From the NCBI RefSeq assembly GCF_001194135.2, contig NC_068983.1, positions 73,716,702 to 73,780,701 of the forward strand: a stretch of 64,000 nucleotides of DNA. Direction: 5' to 3'. The DNA comes from Octopus bimaculoides (lineage: Eukaryota). Within the stretch, counting starts at the first letter, position 1. Each line of letters opens with the position of its first letter. The notes beneath the pieces are model-generated. The model saw only the letters and a program-made list of their open reading frames with translations, ran no database searches and had not been told where the DNA came from. Positions 36,883-49,994 of the stretch are shown here, piece by piece. The translations under genes and the position numbers were made by a program.

Positions 36883-37264
36883 TACGAAGGGGTATTCAAA
36901 AGAAACCAGAAATTTGCAATGTTATTTTATTCATTTAGTTTTACATGTTAACACTTTTATCGCCTTCAAAGTATTCTCCATTTGAAGCAATGCATCGGTT
37001 CAGACTCATTGGCCACTGTTCGTAGCAGTGCTGGAACTCTTGCGAAGTGATGCCTTTTAGCACCTCCGTCGTTTTGTTTCTTCACCGGCTTCCGTAGTAC
37101 CAGCTTTGATTACCAGTGTTGACCTTCGAAAACGGGTCCCAATCAATTTCCAACTGTTCTTTCAGTTCACGACACGCATTCAGTCGCAACTGCTTTTGAT
37201 CTTCTGTGAGCAAGCGAGGCGTAAATTTTGCTGTAACTCTTTTCATTCGCAATTCCTCGCTCAA
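36883..37264 (-). mobile_element. Internally deleted mariner, 3' part
   Basis: KRVTAKFTPRLLTEDQK...TGNQSW joined at about 37080 to EVLKGIT..EFQHCYEQW..RCIASNGEYFEGD; terminus TA-CGAAGGGGTATTCAAAAG on +. Confidence 0.85.
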
Positions 37265-38196
37265 NNNNNNNNNNNNNNNNNNNNNNNNNNNNNNNNNNNN
37301 NNNNNNNNNNNNNNNNNNNNNNNNNNNNNNNNNNNNNNNNNNNNNNNNNNNNNNNNNNNNNNNNNNNNNNNNNNNNNNNNNNNNNNNNNNNNNNNNNNNN
37401 NNNNNNNNNNNNNNNNNNNNNNNNNNNNNNNNNNNNNNNNNNNNNNNNNNNNNNNNNNNNNNNNNNNNNNNNNNNNNNNNNNNNNNNNNNNNNNNNNNNN
37501 NNNNNNNNNNNNNNNNNNNNNNNNNNNNNNNNNNNNNNNNNNNNNNNNNNNNNNNNNNNNNNNNNNNNNNNNNNNNNNNNNNNNNNNNNNNNNNNNNNNN
37601 NNNNNNNNNNNNNNNNNNNNNNNNNNNNNNNNNNNNNNNNNNNNNNNNNNNNNNNNNNNNNNNNNNNNNNNNNNNNNNNNNNNNNNNNNNNNNNNNNNNN
37701 NNNNNNNNNNNNNNNNNNNNNNNNNNNNNNNNNNNNNNNNNNNNNNNNNNNNNNNNNNNNNNNNNNNNNNNNNNNNNNNNNNNNNNNNNNNNNNNNNNNN
37801 NNNNNNNNNNNNNNNNNNNNNNNNNNNNNNNNNNNNNNNNNNNNNNNNNNNNNNNNNNNNNNNNNNNNNNNNNNNNNNNNNNNNNNNNNNNNNNNNNNNN
37901 NNNNNNNNNNNNNNNNNNNNNNNNNNNNNNNNNNNNNNNNNNNNNNNNNNNNNNNNNNNNNNNNNNNNNNNNNNNNNNNNNNNNNNNNNNNNNNNNNNNN
38001 NNNNNNNNNNNNNNNNNNNNNNNNNNNNNNNNNNNNNNNNNNNNNNNNNNNNNNNNNNNNNNNNNNNNNNNNNNNNNNNNNNNNNNNNNNNNNNNNNNNN
38101 NNNNNNNNNNNNNNNNNNNNNNNNNNNNNNNNNNNNNNNNNNNNNNNNNNNNNNNNNNNNNNNNNNNNNNNNNNNNNNNNNNNNNNNNNNNNNNNN

Positions 38197-38260
<64 letters not shown>

Positions 38261-38559
38261 CATGTATGTGTGTGTTAGTGTGGTCCCCCACCACTTTTTC
38301 ACAACCGGTGTTGGCGTGTTTACGGCCCCCATAACTTAGCGGTTCAACAAAAGAAACTGATAAAATAAGTAACAGAAGATGGCCTAAGCATGTATGTCTG
38401 TGCCATCATGTCTGTATGGGTATGGATGTATCCATCTTCTTGTACTCGAGCGCGCGTACTGTATGTTTCCACTCATTTAAATATATTTATAAGCATATCT
38501 GTATGTACCACTACATATTCCTGTATGTACTACTTTACCTTACATATTTATGTATCTAG

Positions 38560-38952
38560 CTATGTATGTATGTATGTATGTATGTATGTATGTATGTATG
38601 TATGTATGTATGTATCTATCCAATACAAACACACCTACCTACCTACCTGCCTACCTACCTACCTACCTACCTACCTACCTACCTACCTNNNNNNNNNNNN
38701 NNNNNNNNNNNNNNNNNNNNNNNNNNNNNNNNNNNNNNNNNNNNNNNNNNNNNNNNNNNNNNNNNNNNNNNNNNNNNNNNNNNNNNNNNNNNNNNNNNNN
38801 NNNNNNNNNNNNNNNNNNNNNNNNNNNNNNNNNNNNNNNNNNNNNNNNNNNNNNNNNNNNNNNNNNNNNNNNNNNNNNNNNNNNNNNNNNNNNNNNNNNN
38901 NNNNNNNNNNNNNNNNNNNNNNNNNNNNNNNNNNNNNCCTACCTACCTACCT
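38560..38952. repeat. (TATG)n then (CCTA)n microsatellites spanning a gap
   Basis: Direct reading. Confidence 0.9.
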
Positions 38953-39975
38953 GTCCATGCTGGTCACAATGAGATCATAAAGTATAACCAAGGCGCCGCA
39001 GGTTTCTCTTTTCAGCCGAAGCCAGCTGGACAGAGGAGACGGTTAAAAGCCAGACGGCACCACAATCTTCCTAATCCACGTTGGTAGACCCCTCACCTAG
39101 GATGCCTCGTGCTGCAACACTTTCTCCAACTGCAACCAGGTTTGTTCGGCTGCTAGCCCGGGTTCGAATTTTTTCCCCCCGAGAGTTCCGGACCCCGGTA
39201 ATGAACTCATTCGCATACAGCCAATCAGAGCTTACCTTGACCTTGTTGTCAAGTTAACAAACACACTCTACCAAGTAAACTCAAGACGAAGAACAGTGTT
39301 GTATGTCGACCAATCGCCAAGTTATGCCTGATTTTAGAAGGAGACAAATAATTAGATTTGCATTTATACCAATTATCGGATTTTGTTAGGGCCCCATATG
39401 GTAAAGATGTGGATGGGAAAAATGTGGGTAGAGGGTGATGTGTTAGCAACCCTGTCCCCTTACTGTTTTATAAAGTAAACAGCAACACAAAAAACTACGC
39501 AGAGGCAGCCATGGTTGAAACAAGAACAGGAATAACAAGCATTATTAAAAGAGAAAAGAAGCATGGTCATTCCTTAACCAAGTGACCTTATCTTATCTCC
39601 CATCACTTGTCATACGTTCATAAACTAATTTGATAGTTTAATCTCTGATTGGCTATATGCAAATGAGTTCATAACTGGGGTCCGGAACTCTCGTGGGAAA
39701 AAAATTTCGCAGCCTGGGCTTCGATGCTCCTCAAGCCGAGAAGGGCAAATTGTCAAAGCATTGGCCGCTCCCTGACAAATTTGTGGTCGAGCCTGTGGCA
39801 GTGGAGACGTCCAGCGTTCTTGACCTACGGGCTAAAGCCCTGCTTACTGCTATCGGGGCAGAGATGGCTATTTGCAAGAGCGAGCTCCGTAAGTCGGAAT
39901 GGCTGTTACAGCACGTCTCTCTCGCTATCCTCTAGGGCAACGCCTTTTCTATTTTGTCCACGGGGACCATGAGGC
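38953..39975 (+). mobile_element. CRE-like non-LTR retrotransposon RLE fragment interrupted by a MITE
   Basis: HNE...RGDG*KPDGTTIF...PLT*DASCCNTFS...SAAS | ...AE.GK...VEPVAVETS...WLLQHVSLAIL*GNAFSIL. Confidence 0.72.
39164..39710. mobile_element. MITE with about 65-bp TIRs (possibly Mutator-like)
   Basis: cgaatttttt-ccccc-gagagttccggaccccggtaatgaactcattcgcatacagccaatcagag mirrored at about 39643-39710; flanked by agcccgggt / agcctgggc. Confidence 0.75.
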
Positions 39976-40086
39976 GGACAGACAAGTCTCTTTATATACA
40001 TACCTATATATATCTTAAGTAGCTCTGTTTATGTAGCTGTATCTACATCTATGCATATGGTAGTTTGTGGATATATATTCACACAC

Positions 40087-40405
40087 AGTGGAGGGCATTG
40101 TGAGTGTTTATTGAGCGAAAACACCTAAGAGCTCCACGAGGCTCCAGCAGAGGATGATGGCGAACCCTGCTGTACTCTTCCACCACAACTTTCTCTCACT
40201 CTTTCTTCCTGTTTCTGTTGTACCTGTATTTCAAAAGGCCAGCCTTGTCACACTCTGTGTCACGCTGAATCTTCCCCGAGAACTACGCTATGGGTACACG
40301 TATCTGTGGAGTGCTCAGCCACTTGCACGTTAACTTCACGAGCAGGCTGTTCCGTTGATCGGATCAACTGGAACCCTCGTCGTCGTAAACGACGGAGTGC
40401 CAACA
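40087..40405 (+). mobile_element. Family B SINE lacking its tRNA-derived promoter
   Basis: agtggag joined directly to ggcattgtgagtg; remainder matches family B to the (CAA) tail. Confidence 0.8.
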
Positions 40406-41664
40406 AACATTCACACACAGACGCCCGCACGCACACTCGCACGCACACACACACGCNNNNNNNNNNNNNNNNNNNNNNNNNNNNNNNNNNNNNNNNNNNN
40501 NACACACACACACACACACATATGTGTGCATACCTCCCAGTCATCTTTTCCATGTTTGATCTCTCAGCCACTCTGTTATAGCCGAGCCATGACCCCTGCC
40601 AACCGCTTTCCTCTTCCATCCCCCGCAGTCTAAGTTATCTTCTTAAAAAACATTTAAAATCCAAATTACAATTTGCCTTTACAAAACAACTAAATATTAT
40701 ACTTCTACACATAAAAAAACAGTTGTTTATGCATCAATGCTTATCTATCTCTTTCACTGTAATTCAAAGCCAGTTTAATTAACATTCCGTTACATCCATT
40801 CAAAAAAAAAAAAAAAAAAAAAATCCCGACATTTTAACTTCTCCCACATATTCTATTTATATGCTTTTTTAAAAATTAATTACAAAACCAAACGCCCAAT
40901 TTTAGAATACCACACCCACCTGCCAGGTCACACCTACACACGTCCGATGCGGAAATCACCACTTTCGAATATTTACAAATATAAAATAAAAATGAGTTGT
41001 CCAGCGTATTGATGCACATCTCACACCCATCAATACTTTTCAGCCAAATAAATGCAACCTCCGTTTAACAAAGGCACCCATATTTTGAGGATTTCCGCTG
41101 ATGGGATGAAACTACTAGACAATGCAAGCTATTCAACAGTTATCGTATAAATTGCTTTCTCTTTCGTTAAGGAAGCCGAATATGTAGCCTTCTCTGTATC
41201 ATATTTAACTTATATACATCTCTGTCGACCGGCAAGGTACTTCGTTTTTTTTTCGCTCGAGATTAAATTTCTTATAGGTGTGCTGTGTTAAAAATGCAAG
41301 ATATATATTGGAGAGAGAGAGACGAAAGATCATGCCGACAGCGGCTTGCAAGAACACCAGATGCATTTCGGCGTTGTTGAGCCTTGTCAGTAATCGCAGC
41401 TACATACCTAGACGAACGCTTCCGATATGTAGGAAATTGAATAATACGTTCACTGATATTGTGAATAGCCGCCGGGCTTGATAAAAGCTCAGTGTACGCA
41501 ATTAAATCAGTATTAAATCAATTCAAGTAGTATCTAATCAAATAGTCGTCTATATATATCATGCACCGTCGACAGGCAAGATACTGCGGATTTCGTCCGA
41601 GAGGCGACTAATTTCCTAATTTCGCCAAGGCATGTGACTGCGAGTATACATCATTGTGATATAT

Positions 41665-42058
41665 TCTTTTATTCTTTTACTGGAGCACCGCCTTAAAAGT
41701 TTTTTTAAAATTGAACGCCTAGTACTTATTCTATCGGTCTATTTTGCCGAACCGCTTGGTTACGGGGACGTAAACACACCAACATCGGTTATCAAGCAAT
41801 GGTGGGAGGACAAACATAGACACAAAGATACACACACACTTATACACACACACGCACACACACACACGCACACACACACACACACACATCTATACCCGAC
41901 GGGTTTCTTTCAGTTTCCGTCTACCAAATCCACTCGCAAGGCTTCGATCGGCTTGAGGCTATAGGAGAATGCAGTTGCCCATGGTGCCACTCAGTGGGAC
42001 TGACCCGGACCGTTGTGGTTGGGAAGCAAACTTCTTACCACACAGCCACGCCTTCGCA
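41665..42058 (-). mobile_element. Family A SINE (A1)
   Basis: Tail, (CA)n, head; CpGs retained. Confidence 0.8.
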
Positions 42059-43329
42059 TATATATATATATATATANNNNNNNNNNNNNNNNNNNNNNNN
42101 NNNNNNNNNNNNNNNNNNNNNNNNNNNNNNNNNNNNNNNNNNNNNNNNNNNNNNNNNNNNNNNNNNNNNNNNNNNNNNNNNNNNNNNNNNNNNNNNNNNN
42201 NNNNNNNNNNNNNNNNNNNNNNNNNNNNNNNNNNNNNNNNNNNNNNNNNNNNNNNNNNNNNNNNNNNNNNNNNNNNNNNNNNNNNNNNNNNNNNNNNNNN
42301 NNNNNNNNNNNNNNNNNNNNNNNNNNNNNNNNNNNNNNNNNNNNNNNNNNNNNNNNNNNNNNNNNNNNNNNNNNNNNNNNNNNNNNNNNNNNNNNNNNNN
42401 NNNNNNNNNNNNNNNNNNNNNNNNNNNNNNNNNNNNNNNNNNNNNNNNNNNNNNNNNNNNNNNNNNNNNNNNNNNNNNNNNNNNNNNNNNNNNNNNNNNN
42501 NNNNNNNNNNNNNNNNNNNNTATACATACATACATAGAGAAAGAAGAAGAAGAAGAAGGAGAGAGAGAGAGAGAGAGGGGGGGGTAGAGAGAAGGAGGGA
42601 AGAAAAAGAGGTTTACTTCCACACAAGTAGGAAAACAAGAAAATTGGTTTTGAAATTGAAAATGCACTTATACTTATGTCTTAAAACGAATTATACTCTT
42701 TTACTCTTTTACTTGTTTCAGTCTTTTGACTGTGGCCATGCTGGAGCACCGCCTTTATAGTTAATTTTAAAAATATATATTAAAACACCATACCGGTTTC
42801 TTTAATTTAAATTTGTTTTTCAATGGTAAATAAAAATATCAAGAAAAATATAAAGAAAGTGAATGCACAAGAGAAAAACATTCGCACAAGATAAAACAAA
42901 CATTCACATAAAGCCAAATGTTTAATAAGTTTGACAGCTAATAAGAAATTATGAAAGTTCAAATGGCCGATATATCTCATAGCTATAATACGTTAGAAAT
43001 TTGAAAGTTCAATAAGTTTCATAGCTATAGATTATGCTGGCAGTTAGACATAAAGAAGATTTCAAAGTATAATTATTAATTTTTTGTTTTGTTTTTGTGT
43101 ATTGGTGGAATCGTTGGTCGTTTGCTTTACTCATTCGAATGTGTACCATTCGACGGGATTCCATAAAGTTTCCGTCTTCTCGATTTCATTCAGAAGGCTT
43201 GGATAGACCCAGGGCTATGGTGCAAGACACTTGCCCAAAATTCCACGTAGTATAATCCAACCCGAGAACTCGTGATTGCAAAGCTAACTTCCACAACCTT
43301 TGGGCATACAATATTTATCTATACATATA

Positions 43330-43396
<67 letters not shown>

Positions 43397-43688
43397 GTAT
43401 ATGTATGCACACATATATTCATACAAACACACACACACATATAGATATACATACATACATACACACGGTTATGTGGGTATGCACGCTCACACACATGCCT
43501 ATGTGCGCACTCTTTTTACTCGTCAACTTACCCACCTATCTACCTCCCTCGCCTCCTTCCTCCCCCCTCTCTCTATCTCCTTCACACACGCAAACATTCA
43601 TATATCTATAAATCACGCACATAATACAGCTCTGGATGCATGCTTAGCCTATATCGAAGAAAGTATCAATGTATATGTTATTTGTTTA

Positions 43689-44061
43689 GGTGGATGCGCA
43701 ATGGCCCAGTGGTTAGGGCAGCGGAATCGTGGCCGTAGGATCACGGTTTCGATTCCCAGATCGGGCGCTGTGAGTGTTTATTGAGCGAAAACACCTAAAG
43801 CTCCACGTGGCTCCGGCAGGGGGTGGTAGCGAACCCTGCTGTACTCTTTCACCACAACTTTCTCTCACTCTTTCTTCCTGTTTCTGTTGTACCTGTATTT
43901 CGAAGGGCCAGCCTTGTCACACTCTGTGTCACGCTGAATCACCCCAAGAGCCACGTTAAGGGAACACGTGTCTGTGGAGTGCTCAGCCACTTGCACGTAA
44001 ATTTCATGAGCAGGCTGTTCCGTCGATCGATTCAACTGGAACTCTCGTCGTCGTAACCGAT
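43689..44061 (+). mobile_element. Family B SINE
   Basis: gcgcaatggcccagtggttagggc head through gtcgtaaccga; tail truncated. Confidence 0.88.
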
Positions 44062-44344
44062 GTGCGATAATGATATGGTCAAATGTTTTAATACAAATGT
44101 CAATGTCAGAGATGAGTTATGTTAATATTTGTGTGAATTCTTTTGTCCTAATACTTGTACTCTACCCCTGTGTCTGTGTATGTGGGTGCGCGCTTATGTG
44201 TAAATGTCTTTATTTGTGTCTGATATATTGACTATACCTGTATCTTCAGAAATGCTACGGACGAAGCCAAGCACATCTATAGTAGTCGGAAACAAAGCCT
44301 GTTTACATTTTAAAGCAGGATAGTGTATTAAACATAAACAAGCT

Positions 44345-45191
44345 TTAGGAGAAAGATTGATATAGAAATACGAACGAGGAATATCTGAAGAGAAATGTGT
44401 GAGGTAACAATACTAGATAACAGATGAAAAGAAACATAAGAGAGTGTGAGTACACAAAATAGGTAGATAGATAGACAGGTAGATAGATGGAGAGACATAG
44501 ATGAATAGAAAGATATTCAGACAGATTGATAAATAGATAGACATACATATATACAGATAAATAGATAGATAGACAGATAGATAGATAGATAAATAAATAG
44601 ATAGATAGATAGAGAAACGGATAGAAGGAGTAAGAAAACAGTAGAGGCACACTATACAGAGGGATAGAAATATATTGAGAAGAGAGACTAAACAAGAGCT
44701 AGTGAAAGAATTGGAAATAGGGATAAAGAAAAGGAGAATTAAAGAGATGATGCAAAGTATAAGGTAGATAATGAGGGTAGCATAAGTACAAAAGAAAGAA
44801 ATTAAATGAAAGAGGTAAGTGAAATAATAGAATTGAGGGTAGAGAAATGAGAGAGAGAGAGAGAGAGAGAGAGGTAATTTAAAGAAATGGATATTTTATA
44901 TAGTCAAAATATTCTTTTTCTTGTTTTCTCCAACTGTTAAGAAAAAAGCAATGTGTGTAAAAAGTGATAAGGTAAGCGCAATAGAGAAGACAAAGAAGTA
45001 GAAAAGCTAGAGAGAGGGAGAGAGAGAGAGAGAGAGAGAGAGATAGACAGAGAAGGAGAGAGAAAGAAAGGAAGAGAGGACAAATAAACGTAGAGAGGAT
45101 GAAGAGATGCTAGATGGATATATACATACATTAGTGCGAATAGCAATATTAGGGAAAGGTAGAGAATACGAAACTCAATGAGTGAGTGAGT

Positions 45192-45228
<37 letters not shown>

Positions 45229-46250
45229 AACTGAAAGAAAAAAAAGAAGGAAAGAGGGATATAGATGAGAGAAAGATAAATGCTAGAGAGGAAGCGAGAA
45301 AACACCTCTTAGTTGTCTGTCGCTCAATGAGAACGAGGCAAGAAATGAGGGGAAAAGAGTTAGATGTTGTGGAGAGGGCCCTTGAGAACTGCTTAAGTGC
45401 GCGTTTGTGTGTAAGGGAGAGGAATTAGAGCGGGAATATTAAGCATGGTGCCAGAAAACAAACAAACAAAAAAACTTAGAAATTAAAAGTATATATATAT
45501 GTATTATTCAAAAGAATTCCCCAACTCTGTTTTTTATGTTTTATTTATGCTCTTATAATATTAATGTAGGATGTAGAATATATAGTATATATAGTAAAAT
45601 GAAATTGTCTTATTGAATAAATGAAATATTGAATATCAAATATTAAATATTAAAGGACTAGTATACTTTTTTGCATTTTAGCAATTTTCAAGGTCCCATG
45701 TTGTGACAGGAAATATATATATATATATATATATATATATTGAGAGAGGAAAGTGGGATCATGAAAAAGAGGAGACCATTGATACTTATGAGAAAACGAG
45801 GAAAAGGTAAATAAAATATTGCGTGCACGTATGTGAGAGGGAAAGGGAAAGAGTGTATGTGTGAGTGAGAGTAAGACGGCGGAAGAAATAAAGAGTTGAA
45901 TACACAAGCAGCGGTCGGTTTCATAAGAGAGAGAGAGAGAGAGAATGTAAGGCATAGGAAGCTCGGAGTGAGAAATAAAATGAGAGAGGTGAAGTTGAAG
46001 TAAGAGAGAGTGAGAGAGGAGGGAGAGAGAAAGAGAGATAGAGATCGAAAGTGAGAGAGAGAGAGATTGTTAAGGTAAGTGAATGAGTGAGAGTATGCGG
46101 TAGAAGCAAGCCAAAAGTGTTTTTGGTCGTTGAGAAAATCACATCTCGAACGGCAAGTTGAGAAAAAGAGAGCCAAGCTTGGATGGTTGTATGTTGATGG
46201 CTTAGTCTCACCAAAATTCGACACAATGGGTAAGTTAATAAATATCATTA
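44345..46250. repeat. Purine-rich low-complexity tract ((GATA)n, (GA)n, (GAGT)n)
   Basis: Strong A/G skew on the + strand over about 1.9 kb. Confidence 0.85.
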
Positions 46251-47559
46251 ATAATTATTATTTTTATTTGCATTATCAACATCATCGACATCTTTATATT
46301 GCATAATCGCGGGGTTTATCTTTGAGGTTATCGATGTTCCTTAGTAGTAACTGCTAACACTGCTGTTGATGAACGATGTTGTTATTTAGTCATCGAGTTT
46401 TGTTATTGACGATTTTGTGGACCTCGTGTTTCTGAGTTCAGATCCTGTTCGATATCAGCTTGACCATAACATCCGCCCATAGTTCGATAAAACAAGAAGT
46501 ACCAGTGGTATGTTCGTGTCGATTCGATCATCTGTACGATATTTACGATATTGCTCTACATCTCGTCAAATGAAATAATTTCTTTTCATATTTTATAGAA
46601 GTGTTATTCGGTCGTTCGTGAAAGACGGGGAAAAATGTTTGTAGGTAGCCAAAGCTATCTGGAAAGGCATGCCGGGCAGACAAAACTGTTCGGGAAGATG
46701 TGACGAGTAGAACGGTTTTGGAAGGTGTAGTCGGCAGATAAAATTGAAACTGATTTTGCTGTTTAACCCTAGTAAACCCCGATCAAAGAAAAAAATATGT
46801 TAATCTAGTGATGATCATCCCGTGTTTTGCAAATTATATTAGGATTACCTTAACATATCCTTTAAGCCTCCTTCGTTGACTCGTTCGTAAGAGAACTGTT
46901 TGGGAATGCGGTGTGTAGACAAACCAGCGGACGAAGATGTACTATATAGACTAAAAAGTCTGTAAGTGGACAAAGCTGTACAGAGAGGTGTAATGGGTTG
47001 ACGATATGGTCAGAGAGTACTTACGGGTAGTCTGGTTCCATCGAACCTGGTTAATAATGGTTAGGATGAAGAAGAGATAGATAATAGATAGATAGGGAGG
47101 GAGGGAGGTGGAAGAGAGAAGATTCTATTTAAAAACATGACAAAAAGATCTTAAGTTTAGCAGCGTACGATGAGTCAATCGCCTCCACTAATTCTTTCTC
47201 GCTTTACTTCCCACTTTCCAAGAGTTTATTTGCGTTTGTTTACCTTGATAAGGCAATAACTTGATTCTCACTCTATGAATTACTTCATAGTTGAATACTT
47301 TTAAACTGTTCTGTTACCTTGTTTTATTTTCTCTCTTTTCCATTTCGTGATTCCCTTGCCGTTCTTGTCGCTTGGTGACACGTTTTGGCGCAAGTACACC
47401 AGGACTGAGTACAACAAATAATATGCTCTATCCTATCCATGTTTTATTTCCATTAAATTGAGGTGTTATATCTTGATTCCAAGAAGGCCTTCGAATGTCG
47501 TAAACACTGCACTTCTTTGACTTTAAAAAAATGTGAAGATTCATGCATAATCATGTGCT

Positions 47560-47827
47560 TGTACATGTTTGTACGTACGCATGCATGTATGTATAAACAC
47601 ACACACATACATGCTTATGTGTGTTTGGGTATGTATGAGTGTTTACATACGTTCGTTTGTATGCATGCATGCATGTATGTATGTATGTATGTATGTGTGT
47701 ATGTAAGCATGTATAAACACATGCATGTATGAGCGTTTGTATGTATGCATGCATGCATGTATGTATACATAAACACACATACTTGCTCATACGTATGTTT
47801 ATGTACTACGTACTTATGTATGCATGC

Positions 47828-47860
<33 letters not shown>

Positions 47861-47870
47861 TGTATGTGCA
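47560..47870. repeat. Degenerate (ATGT/ATGC)n repeat
   Basis: Direct reading. Confidence 0.85.
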
Positions 47871-49853
47871 CATATCGTTCCCATGGGCACCTCGTCACTT
47901 TAACGCTGGCCTTGTTACCATGAATTCTCTACCCACGAAAGAATACTCATGATTTCTTGTCAGGATATCAGGCTTGCTTTTTCTTCTTTCTCTTCCAACT
48001 CACATCTTATTCTGAATAGCCTTAACTTCTATTATTTAAAAGAAAAATGTGCATCGTCGACTGACAGAATTGGTAGGGCGTGGGACAGGATATGTTGCAA
48101 TATTTAGTTACCTTATTTTGCATTCTAAGTGCTAACCTTATTTTACATTCTAAGTTCTAATCCTGCCGCATTCAATTTCACCCCTTTTTCAGGGGCAATA
48201 TTATATGCATCAACCAAATATCATAGTCGGTGTGACCTTGTACTTAAGTTAAAATAATTTGTTAACGTTCCAAACGGGGGAGTCTCAACAGGGTTATCCA
48301 CTATGCTAGAAATAGCAGCCAATTTTCATCAAATCATGCCCTACATTTTTCTTTTTATTAAAGAAAGGACGCTTTAGATTTTATAGTCCAAGACACTAAA
48401 TTCCTGGAAAAACAAAAGAAAAAGAAAAATCAGGAATTTTGTGTGTGTTAGATCTACTCGATCATACTAAACCATCAGTTGCCCTTCTTGTTTGGGCTCA
48501 AATCTCGCGAGGATAGAATAATACACTTTGCATTTCTCCGGAGTTGATAAGATATTAATAATTATATTATTGTCAATTCGTCTACCGTCGATTATAATTA
48601 TTACAGCACCAAAAAAATTGGTTAAATTTCCTGTGAAAAAGATTTAAAAAAGAAATAGTAACTAAATGAAGTCAATGTTAGGGAGGGAACACAGTATTAA
48701 CACTGAAAGATAAAAAGAATTAATATAAGTAAATAAATAAGGCATACTTTAATCGCATGCTTTGAAAGAGAACCTAAACAGCACAGCAACACACAACCAA
48801 TCGCTAAATAAAGGCAGTATGTCACTAGACTAACCGCTGACCCATGGCATACGACCTCTTCAATTAAGATCCTGGCAACCAAACAGTCCAGCTTACGGCC
48901 CACACAAAAGGATAACAAATGTATTCTTATAGAGCATCCAAGATGCGAATTAGAGCCATAACAGAAGACAAAATATCCTCGTGACAGGTTGGTTGCGGGT
49001 GAAAAATGAATATATAGCATTATAAACTGTGCGCGTGTCTATCCACACACACACACACACACGTAGTTGTCGATAAATATGTAAATTCGTCAGTGTATTT
49101 GAATATATGCATATGTGAAGCATGTATGTCTGAACACGCACACATACATACACCCATACTTTCGCTCTCTTTTGCTCTTTCTTTCTCTCCCTCCTACACA
49201 CATGCACAGACTGGTACAATATTGAGTTAAAACAATACAGATGTACAGCAGAATAAAATGTAGCTACTTCAATATGCTCCGGAACGACAATGGTTTAGTG
49301 TACGCCAACGGGGAGACCCCCACATGGTTGTTAAATCTGCTAGAAATAACAGCCAGATGTTTCCTTCTTAAACTACACTCTGCTGACTTTGCAAAGAAAA
49401 AATATGTTGGATAATGTAGCCCTGCGTGCTTTCGAAAGGACGGGATGGCCATGGCTGGAATATCCTTGATCATAGGTCTGTTCGTTCAGGGAGGGACAAC
49501 AATAGAAGAATACCTGAAGAATTGTATCATATTAATTATGTATTTTCATATTAAGAAACAGTGACACGGAGTGTTACCGTATGTTGTGGTTTGCCCAGAT
49601 TTACATCAGTCCTGATCAAGCAGAACTTTGATCAAAGACATGACCACTCCTTTTTTTAAGAGTATTTAGGACTACATTATCGATTTTTTTAATGATGATT
49701 TGAGGCAGAGTTGACTTATTTCTAGCAGACTGTGCGACTACGTAGAAACTCTCTAAACGGCTAAGTTTTACTTACATTTCAAATGCTATGGTTTCGACTT
49801 TTTGATTGAAAAATAAATTACAAGTGCAGACGAGATATATTTATATACTCACT

Positions 49854-49994
49854 CACTAGCGTAGCTGGGGGGCGAGAGGTAGGGGGCTGTCCGCCCCGGG
49901 CGGCACTTTTAAAGGGGCGGCACTTTTGGGTTTGCTGTAGGTAATATGTGTTTTTTGTGGGGTCCGGCCGCCACACACTCTAGCTACGCTAGTG
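49854..49994. mobile_element. 141-bp hAT-type MITE
   Basis: Perfect 13-bp TIR CACTAGCGTAGCT; 8-bp flanks tactcact / tatacact; diverged paralog at 56770-56913. Confidence 0.78.

Noticed and set aside
41225-41585. Short direct repeat gtcgac(c/a)ggcaag(g/a)tact in a CpG-rich stretch
   Set aside because: Only 18 bp, with no further structure to define an element or promoter.
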